DNA from: Adineta vaga
Taxonomy: Eukaryota; Animalia; Rotifera
NCBI GenBank assembly: GCA_021613535.1
Contig: CP075497.1
Coordinates: forward strand, 3,224,001-3,288,000
Direction: 5' to 3'
DNA length: 64,000 bases
Positions 1-12,912 of this stretch are shown here, piece by piece (position 1 is the first letter of the stretch; every line of letters begins with the position of its first letter). The notes below the pieces were generated by a model. It saw only the letters and a program-made list of their open reading frames with translations, made no database searches and was not told the DNA's origin. The position numbers were made by a program, and so were the translations under genes.

Positions 1-423
1 GACGAAGTTCAAATCTACAGAATTGAATTATATTCAAATTTAACAAATCATTTGTCTTACTTTAATTCTTCAATTGATCCATAAATTCGTTGTACTTTAT
101 CCATTGTCATATTTGGATGTAGCCATTTATCAACAAAATTTGTTTTATCTGATGAAGACGATGCTCTGACATTCGTCGTTTGTTGATCTTTTCCAACAAG
201 TGTAATTCGTAAAGCAAATGATAATTGATATAACAATTCATGAGGTGAAAGACGACCTTTTAGTACTATTCGAATTAATTCCTACAAAACAAGAAATCTC
301 ATGTAATAATCTAATCATATGTATATCAATATGTCATACGGCAACAGTGGTCGATGATGTGTAACGAAGGCCATGAAAAGATCCATTGGGAAAATAAATT
401 TTTAAAAACATACTTTTATCCAT
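1..423 (-). CDS. FAK/PYK2-like FERM-domain protein, 5' part; gene runs off the window's left edge
   Basis: Spliced exons (~340-423, ~61-281, 1-14) give MFLKIYFPNGSFHGLRYTSSTTVA / ELIRIVLKGRL...FALRITL...KWLHPNMTMDKVQRIYGSIEELK / FELR. This resembles the FAK FERM F1 lobe (YGLRL..HWLH.DM....V..Y...YELR). Start codon uncertain. Confidence 0.5.
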
Positions 424-678
424 ATTTATATCAGCATTACCAATGCCGATAGAAAATAATATATACACGTGAAACAATTGAAGGATCAATTTATCTTTGA
501 TTTCTATTCGTTCGACACTTGTACCATTAAAATACATAAAAAAATTGTTCATATCATGACCTCTATCGACTAAGTATTTTATACGTGCTTATGTTTTTCT
601 TTTCGAAGTGATGATATGTCATCAATCAAACTATTTATGAATGATCTTTACGTACATTTCTAAATTTCTATTAAACCA

Positions 679-3270
679 ATGAGTGGAAGTCGAATTCTTC
701 TTCGAATTTTTTCACATGGAAAATCTCATGTAATTCATTTCTTTTATTTTAATTGAAAATCTGTTCAAATCCTTTGCTTATATAGATTTCTCGATCATTC
801 AGTTCGATTCAAGTTCAAGAAAAAATCAATAATGATTTGAAAACATATCCTATTTCAGGCGCACGAACAGTATTTACTGGTCTAGATTCAAAAACAATGT
901 TTGTTGCTCAAAATACGTTATTACCTGAACTTGCCCCAGGAGAAATTCTTGTTAAAGTAAGCTCACAAAAATTTATTACAAATAATTGATTTTCTTCATT
1001 ATTATTCAAGGTTCGTTTAGCATCGATCTGTATGAGTGATGTACATACGATAACAGGACATCGCATTGAGCCAACACCAAGGTATTGAATACTTTGTTAT
1101 CTTCTTTGAATAACTTAATTCAGAGAATTTTCTTTCAATTTAAAGTGTTCTCGGTCATGAAGCTGTTGTTGAAGTTGTTGATCATCGACGACCTAATAGC
1201 GATTTAGCTATTGGTGATCGATTAACATTTTCTGTTGCTGATTGTTGTGGTAATTGTGAATTTTGTTTAAAAGGACTCAATCAAAAATGTGTTAAATTAT
1301 TTAAAGTATAATTAATCTCAATTCGTTTTCTTTCACAAATGAATTTTATTTTCTATCGAATTTTAGTATGGTCATTCTAAATTAAGTGATGGTTCAGGCT
1401 ATAATGGTTGCTATGCAACACATATTATCCTTCGTCGTGGTACTCATGTCGTGAAAATACCAGATTCTATATCAGATCGATGTGCAGCACCAATCAATTG
1501 TTCATTGGCAACGACTATGGCTGCATTGGAACATGTACCAAAAATAAAAAATGGACGAGCTTTTGTTCAGGTATAGTAAATGGCATTCTATATTACTTAC
1601 AGATCATCTACAGGATGAAATACAATCGATTGGTATTTAACTTTAAGAATTCAATGTAATTCTGCTTTTTATATTTTATACAACAAGTTTTAATCTATAA
1701 CATGTATGTTAAACTTCATCGCTTACACAATCGACAATGAAGATTTTAATCATATAGAACAGATATGTGTATATACATATTGAGTATTATCTCAAATTAT
1801 TATTATTATAATATAAACTTTGATTAGTGTTTCCAATCTTTGACTAACAGTAATTGCATCTAATGTAATTTCTCTTTGTTATGCATTAAGAAACAAGCAA
1901 TCAGAATATTTGTAAAGAAAAAAAGCTTCTGTCGGCTTTCATTAAGACATTCGATCTTTGAATCGACGAAGTACAAAGATATGTCAGTAAAAATAGTCGT
2001 TCATCCTTTTCCTCTCTCGTGAAATCAATGTGAATAGTTTCGATTAGTATTCTATACATACTTTCCATTCAATATTTCTATTCATAATGAATAACGATAA
2101 TCCTCGTATAAATCTTTTAAGATGATTCGATATCCATAAATAAATATTTGTTATGTAAATAAAAAATGTTAATTTAGGGTGATGGAATTCTTGGTTTATA
2201 TACTTCAGCTTCACTTCGTGAACTTGGCTTTGAAAAAGTTTATTGTTCGGGAACGCGTTTACAACGTTCAAAATTTATCGATCGTTTTGGTGCAATACCA
2301 CTCTACAATGGTAAATAGAAATTTCCTTTGTCGTCTTCACTTATACATGTGATTTCTACACGCTTCAAGGGAAAAATTGATTTGCATGTTTTCTTTATTA
2401 TATTTTTTCGTGCTTTTTTTTATTTAGAAAGACAAAGTACGATACAAATGTTTTTTTAAGAAGAATTAGAGATTTAGCACATAAATTAATCTTTTATGAT
2501 TTCTTTGGTTGTTTGCACATATCTTATCTTTTGCTATATTTTTAAAAAAATACAATGGTGAATGCTTTGTGATTGAAATTATATTTAAATAGAGACTAAC
2601 ACTCGTTTTGGTAGAACTTGTTCTAGTCATGTGTATAACATTTATTATAATTCTTTTGCATGCGATCTATTTTAAATAACAAAACATTTTATTCATGTAT
2701 TATTTCTTAGACGAAATCCTTGCCGAAGAAACAAACAAGATTGATGTCGTTGTTGAAGTACGTTTTTAGTACATATTTACATAGATATGAGTGTCCTTCT
2801 TTTTCTTGTTTTGGCTATTAAGAAAAAAGCTTTTTTGTTTTCTATGACTTCAGTAAATAACTCCATATTGATTCTAGGTATGTGGAGTATCTAATGTTGT
2901 CAACGATGGAATTCGTATGTTAAAACCTGGTGGTATCTATCTCTTTCTTGGTATGGTTCATCCACATTCACAATTGAATATAACAGGTGAACAAATAATT
3001 CGTAAATGTTTGACTATTAAAGGTAAAATTTTCGATCAATTATAAGAAATAAAATGAGAATTTTGTTGAATAGGTATTCATAATTATGCTCCACGTCATT
3101 TGGATCAAGCAGTTCAATTTCTAGCGAAAACTGTTCACAAATATCCGTATGAAGAAATTATGGGTCCAACATATGAATTATCGGATTTACCATCGGCAAT
3201 GAAACTTGCAATTGAAAAACAATATGGTCGAGTTTTAATCAAACCAAATTTAGTAACTCCAATGTCTTAG
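679..3270 (+). CDS. Zn-dependent (MDR) alcohol dehydrogenase of the bacterial phosphonate-catabolism-associated type, with putative mitochondrial presequence; ~9 exons
   Basis: Spliced: ICMSDVHT (catalytic Zn Cys), LGHEAV, CCGNCEFCLKGLNQKC (structural Zn), KYGH...GCYATHIILRRGTHVVKIPD..AAPINCSLAT, QGDGILG Rossmann motif (exon ~2178-2310), EQIIRKCLTIKGIHNYAPRHLDQAVQFL; stop TAG at 3268-3270. Confidence 0.85.
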
Positions 3271-3569
3271 ATTATGACAGTGAATGATGAACATAGAAAC
3301 CTATTCGTATCTTTCTATTCTCAATTATACCAACGGTTATTTATCTTATTTTTTTTTGCATATTTTATTCAGTTTTTACATGATCTTATCATAATTGTTA
3401 ATGCTTTTCTTATTGTTGACGGTAATATTTATTCGATAAAATAATAATTAAATGTTGTTTTTTTTATTCTTGTCTTTATATGCATATGTATATATAGAGA
3501 GAAAGAGATCAGAGAAGAAACAAAAAAAAACAACTATCGAGATAAGACAAACTCAATTCGATTGTATTT

Positions 3570-4059
3570 TTAACGTTTTTTCTCGTCGCCTGTAACTGGA
3601 TAGAAATTGAATTGTTGTAAAATTTTAGCAACTTTTGACCAATTGGCTTCAGCAATACGGCCTGTTCGTTTGTCAGCTAAACAATTTGTTTGACATACTT
3701 TCGACATGTTTTCACAATAATCAAGTGAACCGTTCACTACTTGATTCATTTGTGCTAAGAGACAAGCAGCAAATTGTTGTTGGCATTTAGCAAAACAATA
3801 ACCTAAAAACCCATTTGATATGAATAACATTAGATTGAAAGAAAGCAATCTACCGCAAATTTTTCCTTCAAGTGAGGGATTTTCATTGTGGAATTCAACA
3901 TTACAATCTCCTTGTGAATTGTCATTACGTCGGCTCCACCAGACTAAAAAAAGGATCGAATTTCATTCGTCAATATAACCGAAACTTACTGTTGCTTCGT
4001 ATGGATAAACAATTGATAAGTTGAATAAGTGATAGAAGTACGATGAGATGCTTGAACAT
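3570..4059 (-). CDS. Small secreted cysteine-rich protein (~130 aa, 3 exons), unknown function
   Basis: Signal peptide MFKHLIVLLSLIQLINCLS; two GT-AG introns join in frame to IWWSRRNDNSQGDC...KIC and GYCFAKCQQQFAAC...YCENMSKVCQTNCLADKR...EKKR*. Confidence 0.7.
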
Positions 4060-4989
4060 CTTTTTTTCCAAAAATAAAAGGAATAATGAAAGAGTGTTTT
4101 ATCTTCTAGAACGGAAAATTTTATGATTATAAACAATTAATCAAAAATATGATCTTTTGCTTCGTATCTTTAAATCTTAGAAATAAAAATGATCAAAAGA
4201 CAAGATGTTCGGATGCGAAAGAAAAAGATAGTACGAGAAAGAGAGATATAATATTTGCGGAAGAGAGAGAAAGATATAAAAGAGAAAAAATAGAAATGCT
4301 ACATTCTTCTTATAAAAATTAATATGATAAGGAAAAACATCGCTCATCGATGAATCACAAACATAAAAACTATAATATGAATATAAAAAAAAGAGGAAAT
4401 GACGTCTCATAAATTGTTCTATAGTTTTCGAGACAAAATTATCTCAGACAATAAGAATAGCTAGATGTTGATTTAAAATAAATTTGATCTTTGTCTGTCT
4501 CCGTATTCTCGTAAACATAATTAGAAATAAACTCAACAAAAGAATATTCTATAGTTTTACGAATTGCTTTTTTTAATTAAAATACATTGAAATAATCTTT
4601 ATCAAATCACGTTTCTCTGTTCATCTTACATTAATCTACATACAATAGAAACAACATATTTTCCTTATCTATTAAAAGAAGAAAAAAAAATAGCTTTAGA
4701 AAATACAAAGAATCAACTAAATTGAAATGTAAGAATGTCTTTGTCTATTAAATTGAAAGGCCGAACATACATGTAATCTTTTATTAACTAAGTTCGGAAA
4801 AAATATTCTTTCACCTAGAGATATAATTGTCAATGTCGGCAATATTTTTAAGTAATTTTTATCTTATCAAATAATAGATGTTTTCTTTTCTCTTTTTTTT
4901 GCTTTATCTATCAAATCGTTAAACTAATTTATTTGTTTGTTAAACATAAAAGTTCGTGAAATATATACATTATCGAAGTAAAACTGATC

Positions 4990-5011
4990 ATATATATATA
5001 TATATATATAT
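4990..5011. repeat. (TA)n microsatellite
   Basis: About 11 AT units directly visible. Confidence 0.9.
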
Positions 5012-6040
5012 TAGAGAGGCATTATTAAAAACCAAATATGAATAAATATTTCTGTTGATTATTTTGCTGTTTTTTTTAATAGCATTTTTTGAAATGATTA
5101 GTTAGTAAATAACAGGAAACATAAGAGAAGGAGCGTATGACAATTATTATACTTACATCAGTAGATGACTAACATTTGTTTCATGGCACTCTAAAAATAA
5201 TCTACCGAGATATCAAATCATTCAGTCTTTATATAATCACGCATCAGTTCAACGAAGTTTAACACTGTTGTAATTGAAATATCATAGATTTTACCAGATT
5301 AAATTAGATCTGTAAAGTATTAACGTGAAATATGTTACTCATTTCTTCGAAACAATGATGATATATCGAGAAGAAATGAAAAGACAGTGCTCATTCGTGT
5401 TTTAATACATGTTTCGTATTTATTTTCAACCTAAATTCATGATACTTCAACACAGTCATGCAAACATCCTTGTTGATAATTATAAGTCATTAATGTGTAT
5501 ACACAAAGATGCTCTCAGGCCATGATTTTTGTTTTTCTAGGACTATAATGCGTTATGGATACAAAAATATGTGTAATGCGAGGATAAAATATTTCCTTCC
5601 TATTGACTTATCTCATTGAGAGAATTTGTCGATAAAATAATTTACTTTTTAATCAAAATATTGTCAAAAAGGAATTACGTCTTGTGAGATATATTGCATA
5701 AATACATGAATTTTGAACTCATTGGGTTTATTTATCTGAATATTGTAGGCATAATCTACGATGAAATTCAACTTTGACATATATGTAGATTGATGACATC
5801 TATGAAATTCATTGTGATTCGTTATATAGCTAATTGTCTGGTAAAGGTTACAAAACATTTCCTATTCGTTAAACATCAAACCAATCACGAGTAAATTTCG
5901 ACATCTAAACAAAGAATGTAAAATATGGTTATATTAGATTAACTTTCAGAAATCCAAAATATCTTTCTTTGTATTGCTTACAACTACTAATTAGTTTATC
6001 CTTTCTATGTTTTAGATTGTCAACAACATCTTTATCACTG

Positions 6041-8258
6041 ATGGCTGATACTGTAAATTACAATTTTGTACTTTATGTTTCAACAAAACTATTCTATTTT
6101 TTTATAGACTACTGCAGATAAACCTATCTCAGTTCACTCACTTGTGTTCCGTTCATTGAAACGAACACATGATTTATTTCTTCCTAACCAAAATACACCT
6201 GTTTTACCGGATGAAACTGCGTACGTATCTTAAAACTTGAATATGTACGCACTAATTCATTTATATGTATTCTCTATAGTGATAGTATCTCGAGAAAAAT
6301 CAAAGCCAAAGATCAATATAGTACTGTACTTACTTTACCAAAGGGTATGAAACCGCATGTGAAAAGTACTGCAGAAACAATTGAAACAGAAACTGAAGGA
6401 AAAAGTATGTTTGCTTTTGTCTATTTTAAATTATTTAAATAATTTCTTTTTTCTTTCTTCTCATTTTAGATGACGGTAAGGACGACATTTTTTTTAATGG
6501 AAATAGTAAAACATTAATTGAATTTATAGATACAACTTCAAATACAAATGAATCAACTCATGAAAACATTCCAATGTAAATCAATAGTTTTCATGTTGAA
6601 TTGATCTAATTTCGTTTACTTCTTTAGTGCAATTACAAACACTGACGCATCAGCCTCTTCAATGAGCAATGTAAGACTTCATTCTATAGTTCAAGATAGT
6701 GATTCAGGAATCTTTGTTTGTTTAGGCACTTGTTGCAGTAAATAAACCACAGCAACAACCATCAAATCAATTACAAGCACTTGTATCAAGAAAACCTGCG
6801 TCAGTTATGCCTAAGCCACAATGGCATGCTCCATGGAAATTAATGCGAGTAAGTCAAAACATAAAGCAATCTTTGTCTTCTCATTGTTATTAAAACTACT
6901 CTTTTTAGGTTATTAGTGGACATTTAGGTTGGGTTCGTTGTGCTGACGTTGAACCTGCTAATGAATGGTTTGTTACCGGTGCAGCTGATCGAGTGATTAA
7001 AGTATAAGAAAAAGATTATTTTCTATTTTGATAGAACATTAGAGGCAAAATATGTTTCATCTAGATCTGGGATTTAGCTAGTGGTACACTCAAATTATCA
7101 CTTACTGGTCACATATCTACTGTCCGTGGTGTTGCTGTTAGTACTCGACAACCTTACTTATTCTCGTGTGGTGAAGATAAACAAGTTAAATGTTGGGATC
7201 TGGAATGCAATAAAGTAATCAATATATACGTCTAAAAAACGTATCACGTTCTACTATTTATATCATTAGGTTATTCGTCATTATCATGGACATTTAAGTG
7301 CCGTCTATGCGCTGTCACTTCATCCAACTCTTGATATCCTTGTTAGCTGTGGTCGAGATTCAGTTGCACGTGTATGTTTTGACATATTTTCTCATTTGAT
7401 TTATTCAAATAAACATAATTAATTAGGTATGGGATATGCGTACTAAAGCTCAAATTCATTGTTTAACAGGACATACAAATACGGTTGCTGATGTCAAAAC
7501 ACAAGCTGGAGATCCTCAAGTAAGAAACAATTTATCTTATTTTATTTTATTTTATTGTTAATATTACTTTTTTTTCTAGGTTGTTACTGGCAGTCACGAT
7601 AGTACAATTCGTTTTTGGGATCTTATTGCTGGACGAACCATGTGTACATTAACACATCATAAGAAAAGTGTACGCTCTCTTGCTATTCATCCAAAATGGT
7701 AAATAAAAACATTGAAGATTTATCATCATAATTGATCATCTATCAATTTCTAGGAATACAATGGCATCAGCTTCTCCAGATAATATTAAAGAATGGAAAT
7801 TTCCAAATGGTGAATTTATTCAAAATTTGAGTGGTCATAATGCCATTCTGAACTCCTTGGTTTGCAATGCCGACAATGTACTTGTGTCCGGTGGTATGTT
7901 TTCGTTGATTTAAGATAAAATTCTTTTGATTAATAAAATAATTTGTAGCGGATAATGGTTCGTTACATTTTTGGGATTGGAAAACTGGGTATAATTTTCA
8001 ACGTCTTCAAACAATTCCACAACCAGGTTCGATTGATCCGGAAATGGGTATCTATGCAATGACATTTGATCACAGTGGTAGTCGATTAATTACCTGTGAA
8101 GCGGACAAAACCATTAAAATTTATAAAGAAGATGAAACAGCGGTATTTCTTTTTTAAATTTTTGTGCATTTTATGATTATTATTATATATATATTTAGAC
8201 TGAAGAAACTCATCCAGTCGATTGGGCACCAAATATTTTCAAACGAAAGCGATATTAA
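6041..8258 (+). CDS. PLRG1: Pleiotropic regulator 1 (Prp46/PRL1), WD40 spliceosomal protein; many short introns
   Basis: [18 protein letters not shown]-terminus; [24 protein letters not shown]; WD40 repeats ([31 protein letters not shown]); [25 protein letters not shown]-terminus. Confidence 0.95.
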
Positions 8259-8386
8259 AATATTCTTCTACTACTTTCTTGTTTGTGTTTTGTTATTTCT
8301 CTTTTGTGTGTACAGTTTCTTGAAAATCTTGAAAAGAAAAAAGAATATCTCGGATTGATATTACTCTTTACTGTCTTCTTTAGATA

Positions 8387-9291
8387 ATGATTACTTCGAA
8401 AATCATTACTTCAATTACAAGATCTTCTCAGGTATATTTTAATTATGAAAACATAATAACATACCTATAGCTGTATACGGATTGTTTTCTCTATAGCTTT
8501 CGTCAGTTCGTTACCTTTCCCTATCGGTTCCAAATTATGCTCGAAAACGTTCATATCATGTTCGAGATAAGAAAGGTTTTCATAATCGTGAAGATGTAGT
8601 TTATGATGTTCCTCATCAACCAAAGCAATCAAGTTTTCGTGATCGTTTTCGTTATACAGCATTGGAAGAAGTCAAAATGGAACAAGGAAAACAACAGTCA
8701 CTCATCGAACCAATGATTGATCAGTCAAAATTGCCACATAAATTTCATGTCGTTACGAAAATACAATCAACTTACGGTGAAACTGTTTATGTCAAAGAAT
8801 CACTTACAAAACTTGGTTTTATAAGTTTTGGACGAAGAGTATGTACTTAATCTTTTAATGTACGTTATATTTATTTTTACTTCTAGCAATGGGATGTTTT
8901 GACAGTGATTGTCAAAAATGTTCCATCAGTAAATAAACATCTCTATGTATGCAAACATATGGTACAGATAAAACCATTGATATTTATTGATGGTGTTCCA
9001 TCTTTAGATGATATTGGTTCAACAAGATTATTTCCACACAATGGACATTTAACTATAGGCGATCATTTTTATTTAAATGAAAGAAATGTTTCGATTGATG
9101 ATAAACAAAAATGGCCAGTAGATATGAATCATATTGTTGGACGATTACTTGCCGATCGAGATGCCAATCGATTACATGCAGAGTATTTTCCAACGAAATA
9201 TGATTGGTTTTTTGGTCAAGATATACCTGGTGCTAAATTAATTCAACCTGTTAATTCAGAAACGAAAGATACACATTTAGAGGATGTTTAG
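8387..9291 (+). CDS. MRPL30: Mitochondrial ribosomal protein L30 (uL30m)
   Basis: PHKFHVVTKIQST...LGF / KNVPSVNKHLYVCKHMVQIKPLIFIDGVP matches MRPL30 (PHKLHIVTRIKST...[22 protein letters not shown]); basic presequence-like N-terminus; 3 exons. Confidence 0.85.
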
Positions 9292-9418
9292 AATAGTTTA
9301 ATAGTGACGATTGTTATTTTGTTTTTGAGTACAAATAAATAACTATTTGTCTCGTTTGTTTGATGATGATAAATGGTAAAGTTTCGTTTTGTAGTTGAAA
9401 TTTATTTTAGATCGAGTG

Positions 9419-10665
9419 ATGCTCGAGTGGACGTATGCCGGTATCAATTTTTCGGCTAAAAGTACTGAACCATGGGCTGATGATGGTGGTATTGAATGTG
9501 CGGCACATTCAAAATTACGTCAACGTTTATTTGAAACATTACTTACTGTAATGGTTGCTTCCTATGAAATCTATTATGCAACGTATCATGCAAAAAGTCA
9601 AATAGGAACATCATTCCCACGTGAATATGCCAGAGAACGACAAGGACGTCCAAGTGTATTACGACGTTTAGTACTCGTATGTTACGCTCTTCTATGGGGT
9701 ATTGAAATTGGTTTTAAATTAGCATCGCGACAACTTATTTATATACTCAATCCATGTCATATAGTTACCTTAATTCAAGTAAATATCGATTCAGCTCTTA
9801 TTCGTATTTTTTTTTCATATAGAATTATGTCGTTAGTATAACTACAAATTCAGTTTACTGTATTTACCTATAATTTGAGGAACAAAGTATGAACTTGAGC
9901 TGCTCATTGGTGGATAATTAATCAGGACAGGATATGACTACTAACGGATACAATTAAATAGAATGTCTATTTGTTAATCCTTGATTGTCTATCTAGATTA
10001 TTCTTCTTACATTTTCCTCAAATTATTATACACGTGGTCTTTTTCGTTTACATGCTGGTATGTTAAACGGTGGTACACTTGCAATTTATTTTCCTGTGAC
10101 AGCAACGCGACTTTTTCCATTTGAAGTCGAGCTCTATTATATTCAACATATACTCATTTTAATCGTGCCAATTTTTCTTCTTTCATCTCATGGTTAATAA
10201 GAAATTGTTAACTAATCTATTTAATATAATAATTGATTTATTTGGTATTTTAGGCGGTTATAGTCTTGAACCGGTTGCATCTTTTCGATGGACAATATCA
10301 GCTATAGCTGCTTTCCGTTTTTATCATTATTTCGTCTTACAACCTGTTTCTTTAGTATGTGTTTTTCTTTTGATTTGACAAATCCATTTCTTATATTATT
10401 CTAGTTAACTTGGGTTAATCTAAACGGTGTATTATGTCCATTTCAATTCGATCCTTTTATAGGTCGATATTATCGTTTATGGGCTCATGTTCATCAAACA
10501 TTGTTTATGATCATACATCATAAATTATTCTCGGTTGTCGCTCGTACTTGTATTCAATTTGATTTGAGACGTATTATGTATTCTATAAAACGACAGGAAA
10601 AACGAATACCAAGACAAAAGCAAGAAGAACTTATCGACCTTAGTGATATTTCAAAAGACGAGTGA
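9419..10665 (+). CDS. TMEM164: Transmembrane protein 164
   Basis: MLEWTYAGI...GGIECA..LRQRLFET; GIEIGFKLASRQLIYILNPCH; FEVELYYIQH; VNLNGVLCP..DPF.GRYYRLWA; stop TGA at 10663-10665. Confidence 0.9.
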
Positions 10666-10828
10666 AACGTTGCAATTCTTTCTAAAAAATCAAATATTTG
10701 GCTTCTATAAACTCTAGTCTATTATATAATTTATTATCTGTCATAAATGTAGTTGGATGTTGTTTTTATGTATTTCGTTTTCAGCTCTTTTTCTTTCTGT
10801 TCAAAAAACAGTGATTTCAATATGCATA

Positions 10829-12750
10829 TTAAACTACTAAACGCACAAGTTCTTTCTTATTAACTTTTCCCATCGCATTTCGTGGTATATGATCGAGAAT
10901 AGTTATTGAATCTGGTAATGAATAACTTGGCAAGGATTGTTTTGAATATTGTCGGAGAGTATCAATTGTTAAATCTTTGATATTATTTAACGATTTTGGA
11001 ACAATAATAGCAACTATTTTTTGACCTAATGTTGGATCATCCATACCAACAACCGAACATTCAGATATATTTTTATGTTCTAATAGAACACGTTCGATAT
11101 CTAAGGCAGAGATTTTATAACCAGCACGTTTGATAATATCCATTGATTGTCGACCACGTATTGAGAAAACATTTTTTACAGAATCATATCGACAAATATC
11201 ACCGGTTTTAAAGAAAGTACCATCTGCAGTAAAAGTTGCACGAGTTTCATTTCGTTTTTGCCAATATTCTTTAAATAATGTTGGACTTTGAATATAAAGT
11301 TCACCTTCAATTGGTTCATCGGTATCTTAATACGAAAGAAATTAATTTTCTTAAATTATTAAAAAAAACAACAAGAATTGCAATGTTACTTTGAACTTCT
11401 ACTTTTGTATTATCACTATCAGCTTCGACTAAGATATCATAACCCATTGGTGATGATGCATTCTCTTTTGTAATTCGAATAACAACACCAGGCATCGGTC
11501 GCCCGACAGTACCTGGAATTCTTTCACCATTTAATGGATTTGTTAATGCCATACCACATTCTGTCATGCCATAACGTTCAAGAAGATTATGTCCAGTTAT
11601 TTCATACCATCGTCGATGAATACTTTCAGGTAGAGCTGCTGAACCACACATCATTAGACGAATCATTTGTGAACATTGTTCACGTACGAAATCTCTCGTT
11701 TGTGGACGTGATGCTAATTTCGTTTCATGATCTTTAATAAGTTTTGAATAAATTGTCGGTACAGCTGTAAAAACAGTAATATGTTGTTCAAAACCGGGAT
11801 GAACTAAATACTCCCATACCTAATATAAAATCGAATTATGAAATAAAACAAAATATATTTTCAATGAACCTTCGATGCATCGAAATGTGGAAGCATAATA
11901 GTTGTAGCACCAATATAAAGTGGAGTTAGAAGTGCATTGATGAGACCGTGTACATGATGAAGAGGTAAAACATGTAATATAACTAGAGACGAAAAGAGGA
12001 ATCAATTTATTAGCAAATTAGTTATTTTCTTCTTACCATCATCTTTTGTCCATCGCCATGCTTTAATCATCGAATCAACATGTGCTTGAACGGTATCAAA
12101 TGTTAAAACACATCCTTTTGGTTTTCCACTTGTTCCACTTGTATACACAATTAAAGCATTGGATCGTTCTGTTCGATCAATTGTTGTTGTTGATAGTAGA
12201 AGATCATCATTAACATCTTGATTAGTAAATTTCGTTGATAAATTCTTTTGATTTATATTAATAATTGGTAGATCCATTAGTGAATTACTTTTTAATGTTG
12301 ATTTAATCAATTCATTACTTTTATCATCACCAACAATTACTCCTCGACATTGTGCATCTGTCAAGAAATAGGCTAAGGATGAAGGTGGATGATGTGATGA
12401 GAGAGGAACCACAGTAGCACCAGCCATCCATGATGCCCACATAGCAACAACAAAGGATACATCATTTGGACATAAAACACCTAATTGAGTGTGACGTTTA
12501 TTTGATGTATCATCTGTTGATTTTTGTTGTTGACAAAGTGGAATAAGACGACGAGAAAGTTGATGTGAAAGAGAATAGAGTTGACCGTATAGGTATAGGA
12601 TGATGAATGATCGACTAAAGCCACATGATTTGCATAACGAGAAACAGATTCATAATAGATAGGTCGTGATGTTGATGAAAAACGAAATGAAGATTTGAAA
12701 TGAAAGATACTTTTTCGTATGGGAAAAATAATCGTACGAGAATAAAGCAT
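10829..12750 (-). CDS. ACSF3: Malonyl-CoA synthetase ACSF3-like, copy A; apparent frameshift near 12586-12590
   Basis: [12 protein letters not shown]-loop, [63 protein letters not shown]; mitochondrial presequence [13 protein letters not shown]...FRFSST. Confidence 0.9.
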
Positions 12751-12912
12751 CTGTAAATAAAATATTTTGATTGAATTTCTTTTAGATTTGTAAATCAATT
12801 TATATGATAATAAATGCTTAAAAGCTACACTAAACTAGATATTTTTTATGCACTAAAAGTGAAGTTAAAAACAATCACAAAAAAATATAAATTTCAACTT
12901 GAATTCTGTTCT

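Noticed and set aside
4177-5858. Short ORFs between the Cys-rich gene and PLRG1
   Set aside because: Low-complexity F/Y/L/N-rich translations of AT-rich intergenic DNA with no consistent exon structure.
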